The notes: generated by a model not told the origin, from the sequence alone. A stretch of DNA of 64,000 nt from Verrucomicrobiota bacterium (GCA_039818205.1 JBCBUK010000001.1:32001-96000); one strand, 5' to 3'. Counted from the stretch's first letter, positions 49,889 to 59,737 are shown. Numbers and translations are program-made.

Positions 49889-51298
49889 ATGTCCGAATTT
49901 GACCTTTCACGCCTAGTCAACGAACGCGCCGGCGAAAATTACGATCTGCACGATCGCTACATGAACCGAACCTTGGTGAAAGTATTGAACACCATCGGTT
50001 TCGACCAGGTATATACGCGTGCGAAAGGAAGCTATCTTTACGATGCAGACGGCAATGATTACCTTGATTTCCTGAGCGGTTATGGCGTTTACAATATCGG
50101 ACGCAACCACCCGGTCGTGGCGCAGGCCATTCGCGATGCCACCAACCTCGATCTGCCGAATATGGTCCAAATGGACTGCGCCCTGCTCAGCGGTTTGTTG
50201 GCGGAAAAACTGGTCGAGACTACGCCGAAGCACCTGGATGCCGTATTCTTCTGTAATTCTGGCGCTGAGGCGGTTGAAGGCGCATTCAAGTTTGCCCGTG
50301 CGGCTACTGGAAGGAACAAAATCCTCTCGCTCAGTGGCGCTTATCATGGATTAACCTACGGGGCCCTCTCCGCCACCAACAACGGAAATTTTCAAGAAGG
50401 CTTTGGCCAACTGCTAACTGGCGTCGAAAAAGTTGATCACGGCGATCTAAACCAGCTCGAAGACGTGCTGAAGCGTGGCGATGTCGCCGCCTTCATTGCT
50501 GAGCCCGTTCAGGGTAAAGGCGTCTATTTTCCCTCAGGCGACTATTTCGAGCAAGCCCAGTCCCTTTGCCGCCGCTACGGCGCCTTGTTCATCATGGACG
50601 AGGTCCAAACCGGATTTGGGCGGACTGGCAAGATGTGGGGCTTCGAACACTGGAACCTCGAGCCGGACATCATCACTGTCGCCAAGGCTCTATCCGGTGG
50701 TTATGTTCCGGCGGCTGGGTTTGTGACACGGCGAGAGATTCACCAGAAGGTGTTTTCGCGCCTCGATCGCTGCGTGGTCCACTCGACTACCTTTGGGCGC
50801 AATAACTTGGCGATGGTTTGCGGTTTGGCGACCATCCATATCCTGAAACATGAGCGCCTCATTGAAAACGCCACCTGGGCTGGCCAATTGTTTGAAAAAG
50901 GCCTCTTAGAGCTCCAGAACCGGCACGAACTGATCAAAGAAGTGCGGGTAAAAGGCTGCATGGTTGCCGTCGAGTTTGGTGAACCGCGGTCCATGAAGAT
51001 GAAACTCGCCTGGAAGGGTATCCACGCCGTCGACAAAGGCCTGTTTCCGCAAATGGTTGTTACCCCTTTGATGACCAAGCATCGCGTCCTAACGCACGTT
51101 GCCGGGCATAATTTGGACGTGGTCAAAGCCCTCCCTCCCCTGATCGTTGGCGAAACAGAAATCAACCGATTTATTAACGGCCTCGACGACGTATTGCAGG
51201 AATGCACTCGCCTCCCGGGACCCATGTGGGATTTCGGAAAAAATCTGGTTCAGACCGCAATCAAGCAGCGAAAGTCCAAAAAGCTGACGCCAGCCTAG
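49889..51298 (+). CDS. hpnO: Class III aminotransferase, HpnO (aminobacteriohopanetriol synthase)-like
   Basis: NSGAEAVE, EPVQG, DEVQTGFGRTG, AKALSGG, plus HpnO-like N-terminus (YMN…IGFD, GRNHP, LPNMVQMD) and VVHSTTFG. Confidence 0.7.
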   Translation: MSEFDLSRLVNERAGENYDLHDRYMNRTLVKVLNTIGFDQVYTRAKGSYLYDADGNDYLDFLSGYGVYNIGRNHPVVAQAIRDATNLDLPNMVQMDCALLSGLLAEKLVETTPKHLDAVFFCNSGAEAVEGAFKFARAATGRNKILSLSGAYHGLTYGALSATNNGNFQEGFGQLLTGVEKVDHGDLNQLEDVLKRGDVAAFIAEPVQGKGVYFPSGDYFEQAQSLCRRYGALFIMDEVQTGFGRTGKMWGFEHWNLEPDIITVAKALSGGYVPAAGFVTRREIHQKVFSRLDRCVVHSTTFGRNNLAMVCGLATIHILKHERLIENATWAGQLFEKGLLELQNRHELIKEVRVKGCMVAVEFGEPRSMKMKLAWKGIHAVDKGLFPQMVVTPLMTKHRVLTHVAGHNLDVVKALPPLIVGETEINRFINGLDDVLQECTRLPGPMWDFGKNLVQTAIKQRKSKKLTPA

Positions 51299-52467
51299 AC
51301 GGGCTGAATTTCGACCTGTCGGCCAACAATTGAAAAATTGTCGGCCACTTGTTCTGGTGTTTCCATCTGGGAGACGCAGCAGGACAAGTTTGGATTTTGC
51401 AGGGCCCAGAGATATGCTTTCGCAAATGTGGTGAGGTTTTCGTCAGGAATCGCCGTGTTTAACTTACCGACTCGCCAGTCTGGCTGCTCCTCCATCTTAA
51501 ACAATCGAGCAACCTTCATTGCGATCGTTCCAACGCCGTTTTCTTTGGCTTTGTAAACCAGACTTTCCAACGCCGCGTGATTGGCAATGTTGTAGGCAAA
51601 CATGACAACGTCGTAATAGCCAACATCGATTGCTTTCGAAAGATTGGCGGCGACGTCGTTGTGGAAGGAAACCGCGGAGGCTCGAATTAAGCCTTCCTGC
51701 TTAAAATCCTCGAAAATCTCGCGGACGAGCCCGTCCTCCATGAGGTCTGGCATACTGATTCCATGTGGACAGAATAAGACATCGACGTGGTCAGTTTTTA
51801 GTCGATTCAGCGAGTCTTGAAGCAGTTTCCTCGAATGCTCCTTAATCTTCTTTTTCCAGCCATTGCGGTATCCATAGTCTCGCAACAACAAGTGGCGATA
51901 GTAGGATTTTTCAAACTGGTTCTCTTGGCCATCGAAGAAGTTCATGTGATAGCCCGGCTTGAGAACGCGCCGGGCTTTCATGAGCTCGCTAAGTTCACTT
52001 TTCAGCTCACGCTTTCTCGAATCCGGCAACTCCTTGTCCAACTCCGCGAGGACCTTGTCGATGTAGCCATAAAAGTAGCTGAGTTTCGTAGACAGGAAAA
52101 CATTGTCCCGCACCTTGCTGTCATCCAGGTAGGTGCCAATCGTCTCCTCAACTTTTCCGTTACTGTACGAAGCGGCTGTATCGATGTAGTTCATGCCACA
52201 TTCAAGCTGGGCATCTAACACCGGATAGCAGGATTCGTCATTGAAAGGAAACGAACCGACCATCAGTTCAGATACCATCATGCCGGTCCTACCAAGTTGA
52301 CGATACGCCATTCCCTCCTGCCGATTTCGCCATTCGACGGAAGCTGGAGCCTGACCGGGTGCCGGCGGAGTATCCGCCGCCTCCAATCGAATACCTTGGG
52401 CAAGCGACAAGCCCGCCGAAACGGCCAACGACCGCTGAACGAACTCTCTCCGGGTAGTTTTCTTCAT
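51295..52467 (-). CDS. Tat-exported aldo/keto reductase family protein
   Basis: TRREFV twin-arginine signal; YRQLGRTG, IDTAASY, STK, SLNRLKTDHVD, IAMK. Confidence 0.85.
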   Translation of the reverse strand: MKKTTRREFVQRSLAVSAGLSLAQGIRLEAADTPPAPGQAPASVEWRNRQEGMAYRQLGRTGMMVSELMVGSFPFNDESCYPVLDAQLECGMNYIDTAASYSNGKVEETIGTYLDDSKVRDNVFLSTKLSYFYGYIDKVLAELDKELPDSRKRELKSELSELMKARRVLKPGYHMNFFDGQENQFEKSYYRHLLLRDYGYRNGWKKKIKEHSRKLLQDSLNRLKTDHVDVLFCPHGISMPDLMEDGLVREIFEDFKQEGLIRASAVSFHNDVAANLSKAIDVGYYDVVMFAYNIANHAALESLVYKAKENGVGTIAMKVARLFKMEEQPDWRVGKLNTAIPDENLTTFAKAYLWALQNPNLSCCVSQMETPEQVADNFSIVGRQVEIQPV

Positions 52468-52543
52468 CAGTTTAGGTTTTGAAGCAACAAATCAAAGTAA
52501 AGAGGCATTGGGGAGTTCTCTGAAACAGACCCTAAAGGGCAAA

Positions 52544-52574
52544 TGGAGTTCCAAGGTATTCACCTGGAACTCCA
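52544..52574 (-). terminator. Hairpin / probable terminator after pfp
   Basis: TGGAGTTCC(A)AGGT-ATTC-ACCTGGAACTCCA inverted repeat 15 bp after the pfp stop. Confidence 0.55.
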
Positions 52575-52589
52575 CGTAAAAACTGATTC

Positions 52590-53825
52590 CTAGTGGCCGA
52601 CCTCGAGCTTTTTGCCCTTTGGCTGGCCGATGGCATCCAGAAGATCTTCGAACCAAGGCTCGTCGATATCAAATGGCTTGCCGCCCTTGATGCGCTCGAA
52701 CTCAATCGCGCGAAGAATGCCACGCTTGTCTTCATCGTGTCCGATGACGCCGCTTTGCCCCTCGTGAGCACACTGAACCGCTAGGTCGGTGCAGCTCTTA
52801 ATAAGACGCAAGTCATCGACATTTGCGGGAGCGGCTCGTGAGAAGTAACCGCTCTTTTGGACCATGTTCTTTTCGGCACCAAGAGCTTCAGCAAACTTAC
52901 TGCCGAAGTATTTACCAGGATTAACGGCATCCAGCTTCACGTGGCCAAAGGCATCGCGAGGGACTTCTTCGCCCCGGGCTTCCATTTGCTTAACGATAGA
53001 CTCCACGCCAGCACCTTCACTAACAAAAATGTTCACACAATCGTGCTCGTCCATGATCGCCTTCAAGCGGGCTGCCTCTGCCTCCAAGTCGATTTCCATC
53101 TCCGGAATAAATACCGCATGAACATCCAACCGATTCTCGGTGAGGCCCAATCCAGGAACCAATCCGCGATCGCCTAAAATGTTATCGCGATAGTATTTGG
53201 CGGTAGCGGCAGTCAGCCAGCCACAGGAGCGTCCCATGACCTCGTGTACAATGAGCATGCGCGGGTTCGCACTATGCTCAGCCACGATGTTCCGGAAATA
53301 GTTAGCACCGTTTTCAGCGGCGGTCCATGCTCCGAGGGTTTGCACAATCGGAAACACATCGTTGTCGATTGTCTTGGGCAGGCCGATCACCTGCAGCTCA
53401 TAGCCATTGTCGTGAAGGAATTTCGCAAGGTCGGCCGCAGCGGTGTTGGTGTCATCCCCACCAATGGTATGAAGCACCTGGACGCCATCCTTGACTAATT
53501 GGTCCGCGGCGACTTTCTGCGGGTCCTCACCTTCCTGCACGAGACCACGCTTCACGCAGTCTTTTACGTTAGTCAGCTTCACCCGGCTATTCCCAATTGG
53601 GCTGCCGCCGTGGCGATGCAGAATCGCTGCGTGCTTGCGAATTTCTGGCGTCACCGAAATGCTCTCGCCGAGCAGAAGGCCCTTATAGCCGCCAACGTAG
53701 CAAATGATCTCCGTATCGGGGGCAATTTCGGTATAGCGTTCGATCAGACCGCCAATGGCTGAAGAGAGACAAGGAGCCAAGCCCCCTGCCGTGAGGATTC
53801 CAACTTTTTTTGGTGCTTTAGACAT
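52590..53825 (-). CDS. pfp: Pyrophosphate-dependent phosphofructokinase
   Basis: TAGGLAPC, GGDDT (Asp typical of PPi use), PKTIDND, EVMGR, SEG, QKSGY. Confidence 0.92.
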   Translation of the reverse strand: MSKAPKKVGILTAGGLAPCLSSAIGGLIERYTEIAPDTEIICYVGGYKGLLLGESISVTPEIRKHAAILHRHGGSPIGNSRVKLTNVKDCVKRGLVQEGEDPQKVAADQLVKDGVQVLHTIGGDDTNTAAADLAKFLHDNGYELQVIGLPKTIDNDVFPIVQTLGAWTAAENGANYFRNIVAEHSANPRMLIVHEVMGRSCGWLTAATAKYYRDNILGDRGLVPGLGLTENRLDVHAVFIPEMEIDLEAEAARLKAIMDEHDCVNIFVSEGAGVESIVKQMEARGEEVPRDAFGHVKLDAVNPGKYFGSKFAEALGAEKNMVQKSGYFSRAAPANVDDLRLIKSCTDLAVQCAHEGQSGVIGHDEDKRGILRAIEFERIKGGKPFDIDEPWFEDLLDAIGQPKGKKLEVGH

Positions 53826-53937
53826 CGCCCGTCCACTCAAGCACCCTCACACGAAGTTGGAAGGAAAAAATGCCTGATCTTCCAGGGAGAATCGAGGTGT
53901 GAAGGTGTCCAAAAAGAAACTGAGCCAAGCAAATCAA

Positions 53938-54852
53938 CTAGCTCTTCATCAGCGCTTCGAGTGCCGCCAGATACTTTTCCTGGGTTTTCTTGATAACCGA
54001 GTCCGGCAGCGTTGGTCCAGGCGGCGTCTTATCCCAATCCAGGGTCTCAAGATAATCCCGGACAAATTGCTTGTCGAAAGCCGGCTGCGCTTTGCCTGCT
54101 TGGTAGCCCTGGCGCGGCCAGTAGCGGGAGGAATCTGGCGTTAGGGCTTCATCAATTAGGAAAAGGTTGCCTGCGGCGTCAGTGCCAAACTCAAATTTCG
54201 TGTCGGCTAGAATCAGACCGGCCCGGTCCGCATAGCGCGTACCTAGATCAAACAACTTGAGCGATACTTCGCGAACCTGCTCATAGCGATCCGAGCCAAT
54301 GACGGCTGCGCCCTCCCCGTCAGTCACCGGCAAATCCTTATCACCCACGGCTGCCTTCGTGGTGGGGGTAAAGAGTGGTGCGGGCAACGCCTGACTTTCC
54401 TGGAGCCCTTGAGGCAAGGAACGCCCCCAGAGCTGCCCCGTAGACTGATACTCCTTCCACCCGCTACCGGCAAGATAGCCTCGCACAACGGCCTCTAGCT
54501 TGAGCGGCTCCAGTTTCCGGACGAGCATGGCATACGGAATCCACGCGGGAAAGTCAGCCAACACTTCACGGACAGCTTCGGCGTGATTCTCGACCAAATG
54601 GTTCTGAATAATGTCGCCGGTTCGCTCAAACCACCAGAGGCTTATCTGAGTCAACAAGAGACCCTTTCCCGGAATTCCGTTTGGCAAAACGACATCGAAT
54701 GCCGAAAGACGGTCGGTTGCCACAATTAACAAGCGGTCACCCAAATCGAAGATCTCACGAACCTTTCCTGAAGCGATCTTGGGAAACGGCAGTTCATCAA
54801 TCTCGCGCCGAGCCTGGGTTGGCAGCTGGTTAAGTATCTCGTCAAAAGTCAT
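53938..54852 (-). CDS. purC: SAICAR synthase
   Basis: SGKVREI, TDRLSAFD, VVRGYLAGS, LADTKFEFG, LTPDSSRYW, DKQFVRD. Confidence 0.96.
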   Translation of the reverse strand: MTFDEILNQLPTQARREIDELPFPKIASGKVREIFDLGDRLLIVATDRLSAFDVVLPNGIPGKGLLLTQISLWWFERTGDIIQNHLVENHAEAVREVLADFPAWIPYAMLVRKLEPLKLEAVVRGYLAGSGWKEYQSTGQLWGRSLPQGLQESQALPAPLFTPTTKAAVGDKDLPVTDGEGAAVIGSDRYEQVREVSLKLFDLGTRYADRAGLILADTKFEFGTDAAGNLFLIDEALTPDSSRYWPRQGYQAGKAQPAFDKQFVRDYLETLDWDKTPPGPTLPDSVIKKTQEKYLAALEALMKS

Positions 54853-54959
54853 GCGAAACATGCTGTGGGAAGGCTTCAAAAAGCGCACGAAAAATTTTTT
54901 GAAAAAAACGCTTGCGCAATCCGAAATCCCCGGTAGCTTTCACAACCTTTCTTAGGTCT

Positions 54960-55037
54960 GTCCCCATCGTCTAGTCAGGTCTAGGACACTGGATTTTCAT
55001 TCCAGCGACCGGGGTTCGAATCCCCGTGGGGACGCCA
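54960..55037 (+). tRNA. tRNA-Glu (TTC)
   Basis: Acceptor GTCCCCA/TGGGGAC, anticodon arm CTGGA-TT TTC AT-TCCAG, T-loop GTTCGAATC, encoded CCA. Confidence 0.96.
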
Positions 55038-55189
55038 TTTCTCTGAGACGTTCAGAGAATGGAAAAATGGTGCAAGTTGCTCCACTAGCAACGACTTCCA
55101 AACCGGGAAGCAGTTCGTTGTTTCCATCACGTTTGGTCAGCATTTTTTCCCACCTAACAGAGCGATCAGGCCTACCTACTTCAGACTGC

Positions 55190-56911
55190 CTAGGGACTTA
55201 CTAATTCTCCAACGTCAACTGAGTAAGTCGGCAAGGAGTCTATCGAATATACAATCTGGAAAAAATCGCTTTTCGATGGAGCGACAGGAATCCAGGTTCC
55301 TGGAGTGGTGCCGGGAACGGCTTCCGTCCAGGTAGACAAATCATTCGAGTATAAGACCTGCCAGTCAGACAACGCGTTAAAAACGGACTCGGGCAATGCC
55401 CAATGAATCTCTGGATGCAGTAAGATTTGAGGCATGGATTCGACGAGAGTGGGAGAATAACCCAAGAGATACTCCAACCCTAAATTCAGCCCATCGTTGT
55501 CCGGGTCAGCCGTCTGATCCTGGGGTTGCCCTACACGCTCGGCCCACTTCGCAAACCCCTCAGAGATCACCGTTTCGACTCTTACTGTGGGCGCGTCGTC
55601 TTCAAGGTCCGTTGGCGTCACTTCGCAAACAACGGTATCGCCCCGTTGAATTAACGAACGCGCGAGGGCATCTGATTTTGCCCCCGTGAGTACATTGCGA
55701 ACCTCAGTCCCATTAACATACCACACGTAGCGATAGCTGACAAAATCGTAATCCGGGTCATCTGCCAGGATGAATTGCGCTGCCTCACAAACGGGAACAT
55801 CGTCTTCCGTCGTAAGTGCTTTGCGAAATTGAAATTCTGCCGACACTGGAGGGCGGTTCACAACATCCTCAGCAGAGGCCACGACTTCGAGCGGACCACT
55901 GAACAGCACTTGTTCACCCGATGTCAGCTCTACAGTCCATGTTCCGACGACGTCGAAAACAAGGTTGCGCGAACGCCAGATCCAGCCACGTCTGGCCGAA
56001 GACGGAAAGGTGTTGCCCGTCGAGGTAGCAAGTGTGCCATCGGGCCGGTAAATACGAAGGAGGTAGGAGAAGTTTTCAGGTCGATTGATTAGATACCACC
56101 AAAAGTAAATGGATTGAGGCGAGCTACTCGCAACTAAGGTTCCCGTATTCGGAAAGGGCTCGGGAAGTCCGGGCCAAGATGATAGAGACTCTGGTGAAAC
56201 GATGAACTCGCGGACGTAAGTCTCCGTAACGTACTCAGGTTGCTGCTGCCAGAGGGAGGATCCTGTTCGACCCGGTCCAGCAAACGGCTCTATCGTATTA
56301 CTATCGATAGTCGTTTCGAAATGAAGGTGAGGCGCCGTGCTAATCCCGCTGCTTCCAGTTAACCCGATCTGCTGACCAGCCGAAACGGTTTCTCCTACTG
56401 ACACGGCAACACTATCTTTCTTCAGATGAAAATAGCGGGTAACATGTCCGTTGCCGTGGTCAATAATGACGAAATTCGACGTCTGATTATCCCAAACCGT
56501 ATTGCGGTCTGGTTCCCCATCGTTTGTCGCGGTAACGATGCCCTCCAACACTGCATATATTGGGAACCCTGCGTCTTGCTGGGACCAGAAGAGCAAGTTA
56601 GAATCGATACCTCGATGCCCGTCATAGGTGATCTGCCCAAGTTCATAATCGCCGATGCCCGAATCTGAAACCCTGTCAGTATAATTACTAAAATAAAGGT
56701 CACCGGCAAGAAGTCCTGCGTGTGGGTAAAATGGATAGGTTTGCACGCTTGCGACCGCGCTTTTTGCAACGAGGCCAGTACGAAGCGTTTGACCACCACA
56801 TCCAGCGCAAGCGAAACACGGCTCATCTACCATGACACCCTCAGGAACACCCATGAGGGATCCTGAAACGCAAATAGACGCAAAAACACTCAGAACCCGA
56901 CAAACAGACAT
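55190..56911 (-). CDS. Secreted M23 family peptidase with Ig-like and C-terminal domains
   Basis: HRGID, YFHL, GSSG, PHLHFE; signal peptide; ADPDNDG…EY…SNDLSTW…FF tail. Confidence 0.85.
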   Translation of the reverse strand: MSVCRVLSVFASICVSGSLMGVPEGVMVDEPCFACAGCGGQTLRTGLVAKSAVASVQTYPFYPHAGLLAGDLYFSNYTDRVSDSGIGDYELGQITYDGHRGIDSNLLFWSQQDAGFPIYAVLEGIVTATNDGEPDRNTVWDNQTSNFVIIDHGNGHVTRYFHLKKDSVAVSVGETVSAGQQIGLTGSSGISTAPHLHFETTIDSNTIEPFAGPGRTGSSLWQQQPEYVTETYVREFIVSPESLSSWPGLPEPFPNTGTLVASSSPQSIYFWWYLINRPENFSYLLRIYRPDGTLATSTGNTFPSSARRGWIWRSRNLVFDVVGTWTVELTSGEQVLFSGPLEVVASAEDVVNRPPVSAEFQFRKALTTEDDVPVCEAAQFILADDPDYDFVSYRYVWYVNGTEVRNVLTGAKSDALARSLIQRGDTVVCEVTPTDLEDDAPTVRVETVISEGFAKWAERVGQPQDQTADPDNDGLNLGLEYLLGYSPTLVESMPQILLHPEIHWALPESVFNALSDWQVLYSNDLSTWTEAVPGTTPGTWIPVAPSKSDFFQIVYSIDSLPTYSVDVGELVSP

Positions 56912-57039
56912 CCGATATCTATCAGCGAAACACACCGTTTCAGTAGTACAAAGCCTTCCACTTCAGTCAATGGCGGAAATGAGGCCAGGTCGACTTGCAT
57001 TACGGGCGCTTCGCCACCTTCCATCACCCGGCAATAGCC

Positions 57040-57108
57040 TGCAAACATGTCGGTGGATCATGCGAGCTCGGAGCAGGTCAGCCTTTACCCTTCCTGAGCT
57101 TGTTATCA
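57040..57108 (-). repeat. attC-like site 6 (degenerate)
   Basis: TGATAAC-aagct … gacat-GTTTGCA on minus. Confidence 0.4.
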
Positions 57109-57581
57109 CCCGGTACGGTGCAGTGCGGAACGAAATCAAGGCCACTAATACTTTTACTCTGGGTCGCACAGTGACGAATCCAGTCACCTCTCGACGTGAT
57201 CGCTTCGGCTTCTGAATAGGGAGCATCGATAGAGTAGTAAACGCCGTCCTCCGCACAATAATCCTCTTCTTCCGATTCCCAAGGATCGAACGCAAGCGTG
57301 CACAGGGAGTACGCGGTACCCGCTGCAAGCAGTTGGAAGACGATCGGCTGGCCTTTCGCGCGCAAATCCCCGAATAACCGCTCAGCATCTCGATCTTGGA
57401 TCTCGAGGAACTCATGCGCATAACTGAGCACGAATCCTCCGTCAGGCGCTTTCCGGCGAAGCATGATCGTGAGTTCGCCCCTAAACCTCCAGACTACATC
57501 AGCGCTGTATCCGGCGGCACTCAATCTGTCTTTCCAACGTGCCAACGCTGAACGAAAATCTGTCAGATGTTGAGGAGTCAT
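57078..57581 (-). CDS. Cassette 6 hypothetical protein
   Basis: 167 aa ORF ending inside attC-like site. Confidence 0.6.
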   Translation of the reverse strand: MTPQHLTDFRSALARWKDRLSAAGYSADVVWRFRGELTIMLRRKAPDGGFVLSYAHEFLEIQDRDAERLFGDLRAKGQPIVFQLLAAGTAYSLCTLAFDPWESEEEDYCAEDGVYYSIDAPYSEAEAITSRGDWIRHCATQSKSISGLDFVPHCTVPGDNKLRKGKG

Positions 57582-57589
57582 TACTTTGG

Positions 57590-57657
57590 GGAGAATCTAA
57601 GACTGAGGCAACGAAGGAGGCACAGCCTATGGAGTTGTATCCACAGGCTGATTCGCT
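57590..57657 (-). repeat. attC-like site 5 (degenerate)
   Basis: AGCGAAT inverse core (matches cassette core GTTCGCT with one change), GATACAACTCC family motif, eroded core ATTCTCC. Confidence 0.55.
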
Positions 57658-58106
57658 GTCGGCGGATTTTTAATTGTACTAATTGTAGCGGCGAATCCCA
57701 ACCCACTAGCTAGGACAATGATTCCATAGAGCAAGATGGATGGAGTCTTCTGTGAAATGGAGTAAGCAACAAAACTCTCTTTCGTTCTTCTTAATCCCAA
57801 ATGGATGCTCGAAATGAATAGCCATGCGATAGGAAAAAATGCCATGGCGCCGAAACCCAACCCAAATCCTCGCCAATCATTTTTGGGAAAGTATCCTAGC
57901 CAGTAGACTGCTATTCCCAATAGGATCGATGAGAAGGCGATCGTATTCGCTATCCAAATCCGCCACCTGTTTTCTCTCCATAGCCGATCGGCATCTTTGT
58001 AGCCGTAAGACGCAGGAACAAACCGCGACCATAGCTTCATTAGCCCGAGGGTGACTATGGCACCAACTGCTCCGGATATGAACGGCCTGATTTCTTCGAA
58101 AGTCAT
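57627..58106 (-). CDS. Cassette 5 hypothetical membrane protein
   Basis: 159 aa, about four TM helices. Confidence 0.7.
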   Translation of the reverse strand: MTFEEIRPFISGAVGAIVTLGLMKLWSRFVPASYGYKDADRLWRENRWRIWIANTIAFSSILLGIAVYWLGYFPKNDWRGFGLGFGAMAFFPIAWLFISSIHLGLRRTKESFVAYSISQKTPSILLYGIIVLASGLGFAATISTIKNPPTANQPVDTTP

Positions 58107-58114
58107 TTTAGTTT

Positions 58115-58189
58115 AGCGAACCTCGAGGGGATGCACTTAGAGTAGCATTGCAGTGCTACTCGGAGTTGTCATCGCCCTTCCAGCTAGGA
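58115..58189 (-). repeat. attC-like site 4
   Basis: GAGTAGCA/TGCTACTC hairpin, GGGCGATG/CATCCC arm, core GTTCGCT; shares a 17-mer with site 2; inverse core eroded. Confidence 0.65.
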
Positions 58190-58737
58190 ATTAGATCTTT
58201 TGCCCCCCAAGCCACTAGCTGAGAACTGAACTGCACCCATTCTGGGTCTGTTTCGACTTCGAAGCGAATTGGAAGCCCTGGCGTACCTAGAAGTGCTCGG
58301 TTAACAACATCCGACAGTCTTTCTTTATTTTGGATGTAAAAATGCCATTTTCTTTCTCCATCGAATGTGGTTATGAAAGTGACTATGGCATAATTATCCA
58401 CCTCTAGAGCAGGAATAATAGTTTCTTCGAATTCTTTTAGCTGATCCAAGATACTGGAAGGATCGCCTGATGGCATTCCGTCTTCTCTGGATTCATAGTC
58501 CCAAGTAATCGTCAGTAAGGTTGGGTAATTATCGTTACCGATGATTTTAGCACAGCTTGGTCGATACCGTATTAAGGTAGGTTTTCCGTTGGACGTTTTG
58601 CCTTGAGCTTGTGTCCATGAACTTGTCGATGATGGAAAAAATTCTGAGGTCATCTTCTCGGGTTCAGTTGGTGTGTTCGCTGCCAGTATCGAATGAAAGA
58701 GTATAATGAGCAGAGGCGGGATGCGTTTTATGGCCAT
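58156..58737 (-). CDS. Cassette 4 DUF695-like protein
   Basis: YPTLLTITWDY…DGMP…FEE, DGERKWHFY, DPEW pattern; signal peptide. Confidence 0.7.
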   Translation of the reverse strand: MAIKRIPPLLIILFHSILAANTPTEPEKMTSEFFPSSTSSWTQAQGKTSNGKPTLIRYRPSCAKIIGNDNYPTLLTITWDYESREDGMPSGDPSSILDQLKEFEETIIPALEVDNYAIVTFITTFDGERKWHFYIQNKERLSDVVNRALLGTPGLPIRFEVETDPEWVQFSSQLVAWGAKDLIPSWKGDDNSE

Positions 58738-58743
58738 TTCTCT

Positions 58744-58810
58744 ATCGAACTTCGAGGTATATCATGGAGTGGCGTCGAGCAGCGAAACTGGTCACTCCGC
58801 CTGGATCTGC
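58744..58810 (-). repeat. attC-like site 3
   Basis: GCAGATC-CAGGC-GGAGTGAC … GCCACTCC … CCTCGAA-GTTCGAT on minus. Confidence 0.6.
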
Positions 58811-58827
58811 CAGTTCGTTGATTTTGA

Positions 58828-59232
58828 TTAGTCTCCCCATGATTCATCGACTATCTTTTCATGCTTGATGGTGAAGTCGACCCCCATGTCACCCCATGAG
58901 GCGCCACCGGACCATGATACCTCAAATGAAGCTTCTCGGCTGAAATCCTCAATATTGATCGAAAACGATTCACCATCATCCATTTTCACTTCTTCCCATT
59001 CTTTCCAGCCTTTTTCTAGTCGCTCAAGCATCTCTGGCGCTAAAGTAGCGACACTAGATAAGATTGCATTCAAATCGTCTAGGCTAGGCATATCAAGCTG
59101 CGGTGAAAAAGAAATGAACTCTTGTTCTCGATAGGTAAACTCCCACCAATTTTGATCGGTGTCATACGAAACTTTAATTCCCTCGATTGTGATCGTGGGT
59201 GTCAGTTTTGGCTTTTTGGTGAAGAGTCCCAT
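58828..59232 (-). CDS. Cassette 3 hypothetical acidic protein
   Basis: 134 aa, MGLF…K start, acidic and Trp-rich. Confidence 0.7.
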   Translation of the reverse strand: MGLFTKKPKLTPTITIEGIKVSYDTDQNWWEFTYREQEFISFSPQLDMPSLDDLNAILSSVATLAPEMLERLEKGWKEWEEVKMDDGESFSINIEDFSREASFEVSWSGGASWGDMGVDFTIKHEKIVDESWGD

Positions 59233-59239
59233 TTCTTAT

Positions 59240-59312
59240 GTAGACGATGAAGTGACCCATGGAGAGGAAGGCGCAGCTTTACTCGGAGTTGTCATCTCCC
59301 GCCTGGTTCTAC
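59240..59312 (-). repeat. attC-like site 2
   Basis: Inverse core GTAGAAC exactly complements cassette core GTTCTAC; 3' core reads GTCTAC (one T missing). Confidence 0.65.
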
Positions 59313-59726
59313 CTTTCGTCTTTCGTATTCTGAGTTGGCGGTTGATATTCCAGACTCGAATGAATCGACCAATGCCCCGAAGAAATCCTTCAAGCATTTC
59401 GATGAGCAGAAATGAATATCCACCTGTCCACATCCTGTTGGTGCTACAATATCCATTGAATGCTCTGCATTATCCATAGATGTGATTTCGAATTTTCCAT
59501 CTTCTCTTTTCTTTGATGGGTGTGGCCCATGATACCAGAGGCTAAAAACTGTATCCATCAAACTAGAGAGTCCTCCATTCATTTTCGTTTCATCTTCGTG
59601 GAGTATCGCACCTGCCGTGAGCCGAACAAAACCATGGACTTCTCCAATTCTTTCCTCGCAAACCAAACAATATGCTCGCGAAGGTATCTGTGTGCTATCT
59701 GGCTCTGGTTTCAGAGGAAAGTTCAT
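59292..59726 (-). CDS. Cassette 2 hypothetical protein, possible Zn-binding
   Basis: CLVC … FCSSKC cysteine pairs; stop inside attC-like site. Confidence 0.65.
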   Translation of the reverse strand: MNFPLKPEPDSTQIPSRAYCLVCEERIGEVHGFVRLTAGAILHEDETKMNGGLSSLMDTVFSLWYHGPHPSKKREDGKFEITSMDNAEHSMDIVAPTGCGQVDIHFCSSKCLKDFFGALVDSFESGISTANSEYERRKVEPGGR

Positions 59727-59737
59727 CTATTTATTTT

